From positions 52,142,001 to 52,206,000 of the forward strand of contig NC_043014.1 in NCBI RefSeq assembly GCF_006345805.1: a stretch of 64,000 bases of DNA, in the 5' to 3' direction. Below are positions 14,049 to 26,460 of this stretch, piece by piece (within the stretch, counting starts at the first letter, position 1; each line of letters begins with the position of its first letter). The translations under genes and the position numbers were made by a program. The notes beneath the pieces were generated by a model. That model saw only the letters and a program-made list of their open reading frames with translations. It was not told the origin of the DNA and ran no database searches. This DNA is from Octopus sinensis. Taxonomy: Eukaryota.

Positions 14049-14441
14049 TGGAGGCGAAATGGCCCAGTGGTTAGGGCAGTGGACTCGCGGACTCGCGGGC
14101 ATAGGATTGCGGTTTCGATTCCCAGACCGGGCGTTGTGAGTGTTTATTGAGCGAAAACACCTAAAAGCTCCACGAGGCTCCGGCAGGGGGTGGTGGTGAT
14201 CCCTGCTGTACTCTTTCACCACAACTTTCTCTCACTCTTACTTCCTGTTTCTGTTGTACCTGTATTTCAAAGGGCCAGCCTTGTCACTCTCTGTGTCACG
14301 CTGAATATCCCCGAGAACTACGTTAAGGGTACACGTGTCTGTGGAGTGCTCAGCCACTTACACGTTAATTTCACGAGCAGGCTGTTCCGTTGATTCGGAT
14401 CAACCGGAACTCTCGTCGTCGTAACCGACGGAGTGCTTCCA
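14049..14441 (+). mobile_element. SINE family C (tRNA-derived head)
   Basis: A-box tggcccagtgg, B-box gtttcgattcc; matches the copies at 14602, 18955 and 23144. Confidence 0.9.
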
Positions 14442-14601
14442 TACATGTGTATGTGTGTGACTATGTGAGTGTGTGGAAATGTGTGTGATTGTGTGTGTGT
14501 GTATTGTGCGTGAGTGTGTGTGTGTGTGTATACGATGAGTTTCATTAATTTTCCCTCCGCTGAAACCTCTCACAATTCCTCAGACAGCCCTAGGTTGTAG
14601 T

Positions 14602-14988
14602 GGATGGAAGCACTCCATCGGTTACGACTACAAGGGTTCCGGTTGATCCGATCAACGGAACAGCCTGCTCGTGAAATTAACGTGTAAGTGGCTGAGTACT
14701 CCACAGACACGTGTACCCTTCACGTAGTTCTCGGGGATATTCAACGTGACACAGAGAGTGACAAGGCCGGCCCTTTGAAATACAGGTACAACAGAAACAG
14801 GAAGTAAGAGTGAGAGAAAGTTGTGGTGAAAAAGTACAGCAGGGATCACCACCATCCCCTGCCGGAGCCTCGTGGAGCTTTTAGGTGTTTTCACTCAATA
14901 AACACTCACAACGCCGGGTCTGGGAATCGAAACCGCGATCCTACGACCGCGAGTCCACTGCCCTAACCACTGGGCCATTGCGCCTCCA
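14602..14988 (-). mobile_element. SINE family C
   Basis: Reverse complement of the 14049 copy; 12-bp target-site duplication ctaggttgtagt at 14590 and 14991. Confidence 0.92.
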
Positions 14989-15153
14989 CTCTAGGTTGTA
15001 GTAAGAAGAGTGTGGCCCAACATGCGACACGGTTTCACTGAATCTGGAACATCATGGTAGCGTGCTTACCACACAGATGCGCCGAAAAAAATTATAAAAG
15101 CAGTTAAATGGTAAATTCAAGGATGATTCTATAAATTTCCGTAGTGTACCATG

Positions 15154-15358
15154 TTTACTCTTTTACTTGTTTCAGTCATTTGACTGCGGCCATGCTGGAG
15201 CACCACCTTTAGTCGAGCAAATCGACCCCGGGACTTATTCTTTGTAAGCCCAGTACTTATTCTATCGGTCTCTTTTGCCGAACCGCTAAGTGACGGGGAC
15301 GTAAACACACCAGCATCGGTTGTCAAGCAATGCTAGGGAGACAAACACAGACACACAA

Positions 15359-15401
<43 letters not shown>

Positions 15402-15577
15402 ATATACATATATACGATGGGCTTCTTTCAGTTTCCGTCTACCAAATCCGCTCACAATGCATTGGTCGGCCCGAGGCTATAGAAGAAGACACTTGCCCAA
15501 GGTGCCACACAGTGGGACTGAACCCGGAACCATGTGGTTGGTAGGCAAGCTACTTACCACACAGCCACTCCTGCGTC
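15154..15577 (-). mobile_element. SINE family A
   Basis: Full-length reverse-complement copy. Confidence 0.9.
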
Positions 15578-15858
15578 TGTTTGTTTAGATTTTACCAGGG
15601 TAATCTTCACGTTAACTCCATAGCTTCAATGTAGATGGCGTACTAAAATGAAAGTCCGGAGTCACTCTGAACTTCCTTCTTGTAAAATTAATTCCAGATA
15701 TCCCAAGTGATAGGGTAGCGTGTCCTCCGTACATTGAAAGAAGGTATGTATATGTGTATGTATGGAGGTTGCTAACTCGGAAACCTAATGCGCATCCCTA
15801 GCTCCCAACTCAACTGCGACCATGGAACCTAGCGGATGACCTATTTCTTTATTATATA

Positions 15859-16092
15859 TACCTATTTCTTTATTACCCACAAGGGGCTAAACACAAAGGG
15901 GACAAACAACGACATACATAGGTATTAAGTCGATTACATCGACCTCAGTGCGTAACTGGTACTTAATTTATCGACCCCGAAAGGATGAAAGGCAAAGTCG
16001 ACCTCGTCGGAATTTGAACTCACAACGTAACGGCAGACGAAATACGGCTAAGCATTTCGCCCGGCGTGCTATAACGTTTCTGCCAGCTCGCC
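15859..16092 (-). mobile_element. SINE family B
   Basis: Shared core cgaccccgaaaggatgaaaggcaaagtcgacctc and B-box-like gagttcaaattcc on the minus strand. Confidence 0.88.
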
Positions 16093-16260
16093 TCGAATTA
16101 TTCCACTTAATCAGCGTACTTATTCGTTTAGATCACCAGTGAACCAAACCTCTCATATTCTATATATGTATTTATGCATGCATGTATGTGCGCCTTCATG
16201 TATACATTTATCGTGGTAGACATGTATCTATACTATGTTATCATTATTATTATTATTATT

Positions 16261-16733
16261 GAGTGAGAGAGCAGTGCATGCCATCAAAGTGACACTGGGG
16301 TAAAATATACGAAGCCCAGTATACCCATCATGACTACCCGTCTGATACGGGTACACCAGGCACATGCATCACAACCATATGTGCACGACATGGTGATCTC
16401 ATATCAAGGTAAACAGCACATGACCTTGAAGGTGGGGCTCAGTTAGAATTTTCTTCAGGTCGAGTAACCCATCCCGCTCAAAAGGGCCCTGAGTAAGGGT
16501 TGTTTAAGGATGTTGAACGAAACACCCATGTTTGCAGAGGTGAATTATTCAAACCCCAAATAATCCCTCTCAACACATGACTATGATGCCCTGCCCCACT
16601 ACTTCTGCTCGTGATCAGAGGTGCACATATCGTCAGCCACTAAGGGACATGCTCAACTGGTTAAGGTCAAACAACTGACAAGCAACTCTGTGGTATTAAG
16701 CAGAATATTTGCTATAGCCCATCTTTTATACCA
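16261..16733. mobile_element. About 470-bp non-coding interspersed element embedded in (TTA)n
   Basis: (TTA)n on both flanks; a diverged partial copy lies at about 26785-26990. Confidence 0.7.
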
Positions 16734-17574
16734 ATTATTATTATTATTATAATAACTGAAATTTGCTCCAAGTTAAAACAGTCGCCGTTTTGTATTAAAT
16801 ATCTCGAATTGAAGAACATTTCAGTATCCTAACTTGCAGCAGAATATTGTATCTTTTCATGGCTTGCACTAACCACGTGTTTACGTAGCAAATCTTTTAA
16901 CAACACAGTTTTGCCCGAGTCTATAGAAAGCAATTTGATTATACAAACGTTAATTAAAACGTTAATTAGAGTTCGGCTCTCGTTGAGTAATATAGGTTTC
17001 TCTTCATTATATCAATTCAGAATTTTCGCTATTTCATTTTCAATTGTGTCAATGAGAACTGCTCGCATTTGTTTGGTTAATATATTGTGTATGATCACAT
17101 CTGTAGGAATCGTTCGAAAGAAAACGAAAGTGTTTTAATATAAAGCGAATAGTAGTATAACGACAGCAATAACAAACTAACCAACCAACCGACAGACCGA
17201 CCACTTAGTCAAGCGACCACTCTCTATATTGTGTAATATATAACAGATGAAAGATAGCAAATAAAGGAAATAAGAGAAACTGAAACAATTAAGATTATAT
17301 AACAGATATTATTGCTTTAGGCTTCGTCTCTTCGAAGTCTTTGTGAGAATTAGTCACGCTTTTGTTAGCGTCAAAAGATAAAAAGTAAATGAAAATATAA
17401 AAGGAGAAAGAAAAAAAAAATAATTGCGTGTGTATCGCTCACTGAATTCTGTTTTGTTTCAGCGAATGAGAATTAAAACGTTGGTTCTGAGATTATAAAA
17501 TGAGACTCGACCAAAATGTGTCGATCATATTCGGAGCCAGAATAAAATACATCCTGCCATCATGTTTGTGGTTA

Positions 17575-17800
17575 CGGTGTGTGTGTGTGTATGTGTGTGT
17601 GTGTGTGTATGTGTGTGTGTGGTCTGTGTGTGTGTGTCTGTGTGTGTGTGTGTGTCTGTGTCTGTGTGTGTGTCTGTGTGTGTGTATGTGTATGTGTGTG
17701 TCTGTGTGTGTATATGTGTGTGTATGTGTGTCTGTGTGTGTATGTGTCTGTGTATGTATATGTATGTGTGTGCGTATCTGTGTGTGTGTGCGCGCGTGTG
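17575..17800. repeat. (TG)n compound microsatellite
   Basis: Seen directly. Confidence 0.92.
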
Positions 17801-17804
17801 ATTA

Positions 17805-17990
17805 AAGCAGAGATCAAAGAGGCTGGTATGGTGCTGCAAGACGGCAAGAATTTGTATTGTTCAGAACATTTTCTGGAAAGACTAGAAATACAATGCGTTC
17901 AAATGTGGAAAACTCAACGTTTCGGATAGAGGATCTTCTTCAATGAAAAGTTGACAGAAGTGAAATTAACGACTTGGAGGCTTTTACATC
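17805..17990 (+). mobile_element. Possible mariner transposase HTH relic
   Basis: Pieces AAR...FKCGKLNVSDRG resemble mariner FxxGxxxxxDxxRSGRP; broken by frameshifts. Confidence 0.35.
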
Positions 17991-18193
17991 TAATTATATT
18001 TTGCGAAACTGGTTGCAATCGTCGAAATACATATGGCCATGTGAACACACACTCGCGCACACACACTCACACACACACACGCACATATATATTTACGAAC
18101 TGTCTGCAACCTTCACGTAGGAACATCTGAAGTATTCAATGGACTTTTTATATGAATGAGTATTCCAAGAAAATTCAACCAATCAGCGTTTTA

Positions 18194-18610
18194 TACTCTT
18201 TTACTCTTTTACTTGTTTCAGTCATTTGACTGCGGCCATGCTGGAGCACCGCCTTTAGTCGAGCAAATCGACCTCGGGACTTATTCTTTGTAAGCCCAGT
18301 ACTTATTCTGTCGGTCTCTTTTGTCGAACCGCTAAGTGACGGAGACATAAACACACCAGCATCGGTTGTCAATCAATGCTAGGGGGACAAACACAGACAC
18401 ACAAACACACACACACACAAACACATACATACATATATAGATATATACGACAGGCTTCTTTCTGTTTCCGTCTACCAAATCCACCCACAAGGCATTGGTC
18501 AGCCCGGGGCTATAGCAGAAGACATTTGCCCAAGATTCCACACAGTGGGACTGAACCCGGAACCATGTGGTTGGTTAGCAAGCTACTTACCACACAGCCA
18601 CTCCTGCGCC
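18194..18610 (-). mobile_element. SINE family A
   Basis: Full-length reverse-complement copy. Confidence 0.9.
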
Positions 18611-18804
18611 ATACATAATGCCATTTCACATCTTTCCCATTAAAAACTCAAATTCTTTGTAGAATAATGGGACAGCCAAATATACCTTTGCTTAGAGTTA
18701 TTGCTTTACAAAAGTTCTCCCACCCCGTCTCCAGAAACGAATTATTTTACGTATATTATAATATTATTCATTAGAACTAATTTTTCCTTTGCTTTTCATT
18801 ACAG

Positions 18805-18876
18805 CTGAAGATCCAGTAAAGGTAAATGTACAAAAGGAAGACACCCTCAAATTGAGATGCGGCGTTGAAAACTTCA
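18805..18876 (+). CDS. IgSF adhesion gene, visible exon 1 (Ig1 N-half)
   Basis: Acceptor ttttcattacag, donor gtaagt; 72 nt, phase 1-1; reads EDPVKVNVQKEDTLKLRCGVENF with the Ig B-strand Cys; joins in frame to 27477. Confidence 0.85.
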
Positions 18877-18954
18877 GTAAGTACACATACAGGTTTTTAT
18901 ACCTGTATATACTTATATATTTTGTGTGTGCGTGCGTGTCTGTGTGTATGTATA

Positions 18955-19260
18955 TCACGTGATCACGTGACCGACCAGACCATCAGATGTTGTTACACAT
19001 CGCTGGTCACAATGCGTTCGCATTGTTTTAGCCTTCGAATGACGCCACCCCGCTGGCTAAGCGAGCAGGCCAACAGAAGAAAGAGTGGGAGAAAGTTGTG
19101 GTGAAAGAGTACAGCAGGGATCACCACCCCCTGCCGGAGCCTCGTGGAGCTTTTAGGTGTTTTCGCTCAATAAACACACACAACGACCGGTCTGGGAATC
19201 GAATCCGCGATCCTACGACCGCGAGTCCGCTGCCCTAACCACTGGGCCATTGCGCCTCCA
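18955..19260 (-). mobile_element. SINE family C variant with a different 3' half
   Basis: Head and body (19085-19260) match family C; 18955-19085 is unrelated to the family C tail. Confidence 0.82.
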
Positions 19261-20302
19261 ATTTTATATTTATATATATATCTAAAACAATGCAAAAAGC
19301 GAAAACCCAATAATACACGTCGATGGTTCGCATTATTACCTGGTAGTATGATGCTAGCAGACGGAGACTGAGGCACAGAGTGATATGTTGACGGGTAAAC
19401 ATAATTGCGACTGTGGGTGAAACTGTTTCTTGAAGTCATTCCACAGGGCATTGACGCAAGGCATCCAAACTTGAGTCACCTTTCATTAGGTATAAGGTAT
19501 CTAAAATTATATTGTTGAACATTTCATATTAAATACAGCTATGCTTAATTAGAGGTAGATTCAGCTGCTGTTTCTAGCATGAAGAGCAACCTCACAGATA
19601 CCATCATGCTGGTTGAAGTTATAACTATTGTTAGGCGTTATTTTTGAAGACTGGCAATATCTGTCAGAGCGATTACTTTTATGAAGACTAGCATCTAGAC
19701 ATTTACTAACGTTCAGACATCTACCATAAATTGATGGAGGTATTACATTTCATTAATAGTCTCGGAAGAATTAATTTTCGTTTTTATTTAGCGAGATTCA
19801 TCAATTATTAAAAAAAATATTTTCTATATGAAATTTTCTAAATCTGAATTTATATATTTCTTTAGATTTACTGTCAATGTTTTATTTTAAATCTGTCTTG
19901 AACGAATATAAAATTCAGAAAAACTAATAATATTATTCTCTCATTGTTGCACATAAATAACAAAAGAAAACTAATTGAAAAATAAAGATTTCTCTTTTTC
20001 TTTTAATTAGTTCATGTAATCAAATTTTCTTTAATTTGATATTCATGTTTACTCTTAGCGAAATAATTTGTCTGTTGATTCTGTACAGTGGTAAGTGCGC
20101 AGATGTGTTTCGTACCTCGGAAGCTCGCTTCGCGGGTGCAAGGCACCTTGGGACGCCGATTTTCTTTATCATTGCTTCCTGTTGACTGTTGTTTTGTGAG
20201 TGAAATTTGGAGGACGGAAACTGCATCGAATCCTTCTGTAGTGTAAATTCCCCTTTACGTTCTTTGGTCTTTCATATAATCCGTTACCCTATTTTGCATA
20301 AA

Positions 20303-20539
20303 TACCTATTTCTTTACTACCCACAAGGGGCTAAACACAGAGGGAACAACCAAGGAGACACATACATTGATTAAGTCGATCACATCGATCACAGTGTGTA
20401 ACTGGTACTTAATTTATCAACCCCGAAAGGATGAAAGGCAAAATCGACTTCGGCGGAATTTGAACTCAGAACGTAACGGCAGACGAAATACGGCTTCGCA
20501 TTTCGCCCAGCGTGCTAACGATTCTGCCAGCTTGCCGCC
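20303..20539 (-). mobile_element. SINE family B
   Basis: Family core present; flanking duplication ctattttgca(t/c)aaatacct. Confidence 0.9.
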
Positions 20540-21210
20540 CTCTATTTTGCACAAATACCTAAGCTCAGTATAACTTTAATGGAGATATCATTTTAGCATG
20601 CATTCTTCTGTATTGTTCGATCTGAAAATATTTTTTTTATCAAAGGCCTGGAAGAAGCCATAACCAAGTGTAATACTGGCTGTTCTTTTTCCACCATTAA
20701 AGAACAAAATGTCATAAACTTACCTGCTTTATTTCTCATTCTTTCCAATATATTCAAATATTGGACTAGAGCTATAACTGTGACACAGGCGTTGAAGGAT
20801 TTTCCTTATGCATATCGATATATGTGCCCGTTTCAGCAAGGTACATATTTATCAATATCGATCTATCGCAGCTCTAGCACAAGCGATATGTTGGGAGAAG
20901 TCATAAACAGTTCTATAAACATATGCAATTCAACACGCAGTTATTGAGGAAAAAGAGTGTGTAACAAAGGACGTATCCGTACTCTATCAGTTGGAGAGAT
21001 CTTTCTCAGAGACAGCAATACACAGAATTTCTTATTAAGTTTCATTGCTTGTAATTAAAAAGAGTTTGCAGGCATGTTATTTTGGGCGCCATGACTCCCA
21101 GAGGCACACTTCGCATGTATCATGTGCCATACCCTCTAGTCAACCAATGTCTTTTGAGAGAATTTCCGAGACGAAAACTGTGTGGAATGTTGTCTCACAC
21201 AAACACACAG

Positions 21211-21284
<74 letters not shown>

Positions 21285-21351
21285 ATGTAGGTCCCGGGTT
21301 GAGTCGGGGTTAACCACAGTAAATAAGATACTCAATACATAGAGTAAATTA

Positions 21352-21482
21352 ATTTATTTTATAGAAGGAGCTTCTACAGGACTAGAACTGTTTCATTCAG
21401 ATGAAATCATCAGGAAGCTCATGATGATTTCATTTGAATGAAAGAGTTCTAGTCCTGTAGAAGCTCCTTCTATAAAATAAAT
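21352..21482. repeat. Palindrome of two outward-facing hammerhead copies
   Basis: Arms are reverse complements around gaagct; the + arm has ATGATGA instead of CTGATGA. Confidence 0.9.
21369..21419 (-). ncRNA. Type I hammerhead ribozyme (near-canonical)
   Basis: Minus strand AGCUUC-CUGAUGA-u-UUCA-uc-UGAA-u-GAAA-CAG-uucuaguc-CUG-UA-GAAGCU: 6-bp stem I, intact core, stem III, GUA cleavage triplet. Confidence 0.75.
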
Positions 21483-21490
21483 ATATATAT

Positions 21491-21535
<45 letters not shown>

Positions 21536-22100
21536 CATATGTACATATATGCATATATATATAAATACATATATATATACATATACACACATATATGCAT
21601 ATATATATAAATACATATATATATACATATACACACATATATGCATATATATATAAATACATATATATATACATATACACACATATATGCATATATATAA
21701 ATACATATATATATACATATACACACATATATGCATATATATAAATACATATATATATACATATACACACATATATGCATATATATAATACATATATATA
21801 CATATACACACATATATGCATATATATAAATACATATATATATACATATACACACATATATGCATATATATAAATACATATATATATACATATACACACA
21901 TATATGCATATATATAAATACATATATATATACATATACACACATATATGCATATATATAAATACATATATATATACATATACACATATAGGCATATATA
22001 TATAAATACATATATATATATACATATACACATATATATAAATACACATATATGCATATATATATAAATACACATATATACATATATATATATATGTAAA

Positions 22101-22149
<49 letters not shown>

Positions 22150-22180
22150 ATATGTGTGTGTGTGTGTGTACGCGTGTGTG
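21483..22180. repeat. (TA/CA) higher-order repeat, about 40-bp unit
   Basis: Unit atatatacatatacacacatatatgcatatatataaatac repeated more than 10 times. Confidence 0.9.
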
Positions 22181-22474
22181 TGTTTAATTTTAGATTAAGC
22201 CCCCCCTCCCCCGCTACTAGTTCCTGTTGGAACAAAGATTTACCATCCGTAATGGACACTTATACAGAGTTTGAATCGATATCATTTCTGTCCACCACTT
22301 CCACGTTCCCACAATCAAAAGTCCTTTAAGCTATCTCTTCAAAACTGCATGCTTCTCTTCTAATGTAATCTTATCTCTTGTCAGCAATATTTTTATTTCG
22401 GAAACTAAGTCCCTCATTTTTCTGTTCTCCCTTCCACTCACTCATTCATCAATATTACCGCCTTTATTTTCTCA

Positions 22475-22887
22475 TTTCATTATTGCCCAAAAGGGGCTAA
22501 ACATAGGGGGGACAAACAAGGACAGACAAAGGGGTTTGGTCGATTACATCGACTACAGTACATAAATGGTATTTAATTTATCGACCCCGAGAGGATGAGA
22601 GGTAAAGTCGACCTCGGCAGAATTTGAACTCGGAACGTTGCGGTAGACGAAATACCTATTTCTTTACTGCCCACAAGTGGCCAAACACGGAGGGAACAAA
22701 CAAGGACTGACAAACGGATTAAGTCGATTACATCGACCCCAGTGCGTAACTGGTACTTAATTTATCGACCCCGAGAGGATGAGAGGCAAAGTCGACCTCG
22801 GCGGAATTTGAACTCAGAACGTAGCGGCAGACGAAATAGCGATAAGCATTTCGTCCGCCGTGCTAACGTTTCTGCCACCTCGCCGCC
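22475..22887 (-). mobile_element. SINE family B tandem dimer
   Basis: Two cores; ccgcctttattttctc on both flanks. Confidence 0.88.
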
Positions 22888-23143
22888 TTTATTTTCTCTC
22901 CAAGCTTTTCAAACAATCATATTCCTAGCCAACCTATTAGTCATGCACATCTTTTTTATTATGAATCATCGACTGTCACTCATCGTCCTTTAGAAGCTGC
23001 TCTCCTTAGTTGCACCTTACCCCTTCAATAATGCACCCCGAATATGTCCCATTGATACCCTTTTCCTTTTCTATCGTTATAACGGGCGTCATGCATGCAT
23101 CTATATATTTTCTTCATTGCGTAAAGCACTATCTTTAAATTTG

Positions 23144-23522
23144 TGGAGACGCAATGGTTAGGGCAGCGGACTCGCGGTCATAGGATCGCGGTTTCGATTC
23201 CCAGACCGGGCGTTGTGAGTGTTTATTGAGCGAAAGCACCTAAAGCTCCACGAGGCTCCGACAGGGGATGGTGGTGATCCCTGCTGTACTCTTTCACCAC
23301 AACTTTCTCTCACTCTTACTTCCTGTTTCTGTTGTACCTGTATTTCAAAGGGCCGGCCTTGTCACTCTGTGTCACGCTGAATATCCCCGAGAACTACGTT
23401 AAGGGTACACGTGTCTGGAGTGCTCAGCCACTTACACGTTAATTTCACGAGCAGGCTGTTCCGTTGATTCGGATCAACGGGAACCCTCGTCGTCGTAACT
23501 GACGGAGTGTTTCCATCCATCC
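23144..23522 (+). mobile_element. SINE family C
   Basis: Full copy with (CCAT)n tail; 14-bp duplication atctttaaatttgt. Confidence 0.92.
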
Positions 23523-24434
23523 ATCTTTAAATTTGTTATGTTATTTTAAAATTACAATATGTTTGCTCGTGGTGGCGTGAAATGGGATCGAACATGAGAC
23601 TCTTGGTATTGCAAACAAAACTTATGAACCGTATAATGCCGCTATAATATATACAACTGTGAAAATGGAGATATTATTGATAATTGAGCAATAAATTGTA
23701 GATTAGTCGTCTAACAATTATAGATATCTGAAGTGAATATTCTGTATTGAAATCCGGCTCAACTGTTCTGATTAGTTTTATAGTTAGGAATTAACATAAA
23801 AGAAATTACCAACCGAGCAGTGAACATTGATTGTGGTTTAGAAACCCAGATAAGATGGAAAACTCAAAGTATTTGAAAAGAAGAAAACTTGCAAATCGAA
23901 CTTTAAGCTAACTAAAATGTTCAATAAATGTTAGGATAATTACATAGCAGCTAGCTTTTACATATTGTTTACTCCTTCTCTACCTCCTGCCTATAGAAGT
24001 AAGACGCAATATAATTACAAAATGTTCGTAGAAGCCGCGTATGTAGTATTGTTGCGCTAAGAATGTCTGTATTAGGTGTGAGTGTCTGCAAGAGTATTAT
24101 TAACTGATACAAATTAAATGTCTGGAAAATAACAAAAGGAACATAGGGTAGATGTTATAAGAAGCACTAATACGTGAACGTAAATTAAATCTTGGAAAGA
24201 AGCCAACTACTGAGCAAAGAATTAAAAGAAATATGTAAAGAAATAAAACGAAATCGTTTTAAAATAGGAATGAAATATGTGTGTTTTTTTTTTATTATGA
24301 AATAAATTTGCCAGCGGCAAAATACATAGTTTTCTCTTCCAAGGTCATGGTTAAGATATTCACAAAATGAACCAATAAATAGTAATAAAAAACTAACACC
24401 TACCGAGATAGGTAGATAGATCGATAGGTAGGCT

Positions 24435-24471
<37 letters not shown>

Positions 24472-24613
24472 ATAGATAGGTTGGTAGAGAGATTGATAGA
24501 TAGGTTGGTAGATAGAGGCATAGGTAGATAGATAGAGGCATATGTAGATAGATACATTCATACATAGGTAGTTTGGTAAATTTATAGATAGATAGCTGGA
24601 TAGATAGATAGAT

Positions 24614-24933
24614 AAGTTTCTTTATTGGCCACACAGGGCTGCACACAGATGGGACACGTTACAAGGTAGAGCTTTTCTTTTGGGGGATGAAAAAAAACAA
24701 CAAAAAACAAAAGAATAAAAAAAAGGGCGGCGTAGGTTTTCGATCAAAAGGGATCGTAAAAGGGAAAAAAGAACAAAAAAAAGGAAAAGAAAAAAAACAA
24801 AAGAGGGAAAAGGAACAAAAGAAAAGAAAAATGAAAAAAGAAGAAAAAAGGGGAAGAGAAAAAGAAAACGATCAATAGGGATCGTGTATCACAGTCTCAT
24901 GATGTATGGTGTAAAGGGGAAAGCAAGTAAGAA
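24614..24933 (-). mobile_element. Retroelement 3' end inserted in (GATA)n
   Basis: Minus-strand T-rich UTR ending ggccAATAAAgaaactt followed by (TATC)n; GATA repeats on both flanks. Confidence 0.5.
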
Positions 24934-26223
24934 AGATAGATAGATAGATAGATAGACAGATAGATGCGTGTGTATATGAATTTATGTGCATATGAATGAA
25001 TTGATCGCTGTGTGAATATATGATATTAATAGATGGATGGAATATGAGACGAAACGCAATTAAAGAACACACAGTTTAGCATATTCCCCAAAACACATAG
25101 GTACAAACAAATACAATTATTTTAATCTTGCTCTGCGCTTCGTCAATATGTACAGTGTTGTATTAATTCAGTTAATTAATCGCGATATATTATATATTAA
25201 TTTCTTTAGTTAAACCAATTATTTTAAAATTAGTTTGAAGTAATTATTTTAAAATCGTGTTCCGAAAATCTGTAAACTCAAGAAAATGTCTCAGAGCAAC
25301 ATACTGCGGAAGCGGTCTTGTTAGAAATAGCAGTCAAATCCTTCTGAAATCTGGTTTTAAATCGATACATTTGAATGTGTAGTTTTGAAGATATATTATT
25401 CTTTCTTAAAAACAAGAAATGATGGACACGGATGGAAAACCATTATTCAACAGGGTGGGCAATCAGTGCTTCTGTATATTCGATCGATTTGCTAAAAATA
25501 GCAGAGAGACCCTTCCCAATACCCTTCATACTCTCTTTAAAATGTTACATATCTTAAAGATGGTTTTAGTAAAGCTGTAACCTCTTTAGTGAAAGTTCTA
25601 TTGTCTCATTTCTGATCTGGAGCCAAGAAGAAAAAAAACAAACAAAAACAATATGAGTAATAGCAACATTACTGTAGAAATCAATAAAAAAGAATAATAA
25701 AATGAGACCCGATGGTGGTGGCCTCTATTCATGGTTGAACCTCCTCACGTCAAACTAAAATTGTAATTCTGGCCAAGTTAATCAAAACTTCTGTCACGAA
25801 TAACATCAATATGAGCTGCAACAACAATAACCGCAGCAGCAATAACAATGGTGAAACATTTGTTAGAGTCAAACTTCAAACCTCTATAAGCCTGCTTTAT
25901 TGGCTAAAATTCATTCCCAATTTTTGGGTGTTTTTTTTTTCTCAATACTGGTGTTAAACTTACCTAGCTCCTTACTCGTTTGCTGGATTCAGTCATTTGA
26001 CTGTAGCACAGAACAACCAAATTAGTTAAGAAAAATTGACTCAATGGAATGAACAAGATGAAGACAATGGACACGAGGGCAGTTTTCTTATTGCGATACG
26101 GCGTAGGTGTCCTTAGATGTTCAAAGAACAAACTTCAAGAAATGAATGAAAAAAACAAAACAGAAAATGATGATAATTACCAAGGAACCTGCGCTCAGAA
26201 AGCGATATTGATAGATTTATGAA

Positions 26224-26460
26224 GGCGGCGAGCTGGCAGAAACGTTAGCACGCCGGGTGAAATGCGTAGCCGAATTTCGCCTGTCGTTACGTTCTGAGTT
26301 CAAATTCCGCCGAGGTCCACTTTGCCTTTCATCCTTTCGGGATCGATTAAATAAGTACCAGTTACTCACTGGAGTCGATATAATTGACTTAATCCGTTTG
26401 TCTGTCCTTGTTTGTCCCCTCCATGTTTGGCCCCTTGTGGGTAGTAAAAGAAATAGATAT
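26224..26460 (+). mobile_element. SINE family B
   Basis: Full copy; 17-bp duplication gatattgatagatttat. Confidence 0.92.

Noticed and set aside
14049-14135. tRNA genes at SINE heads (also 58191)
   Set aside because: A and B boxes are present, but there is no closed cloverleaf and each continues into a repeat body.
15948-16142. Recurrent short ORFs MRNWYLIYRPRKDERQ and MTTDAGVFTSPS
   Set aside because: Translations of SINE families B and A.
21393-22259. Long YI/CV-rich ORFs here and at 2822, 29875, 43143 and 63588
   Set aside because: TA/CA microsatellites lack stop codons; no protein signal.
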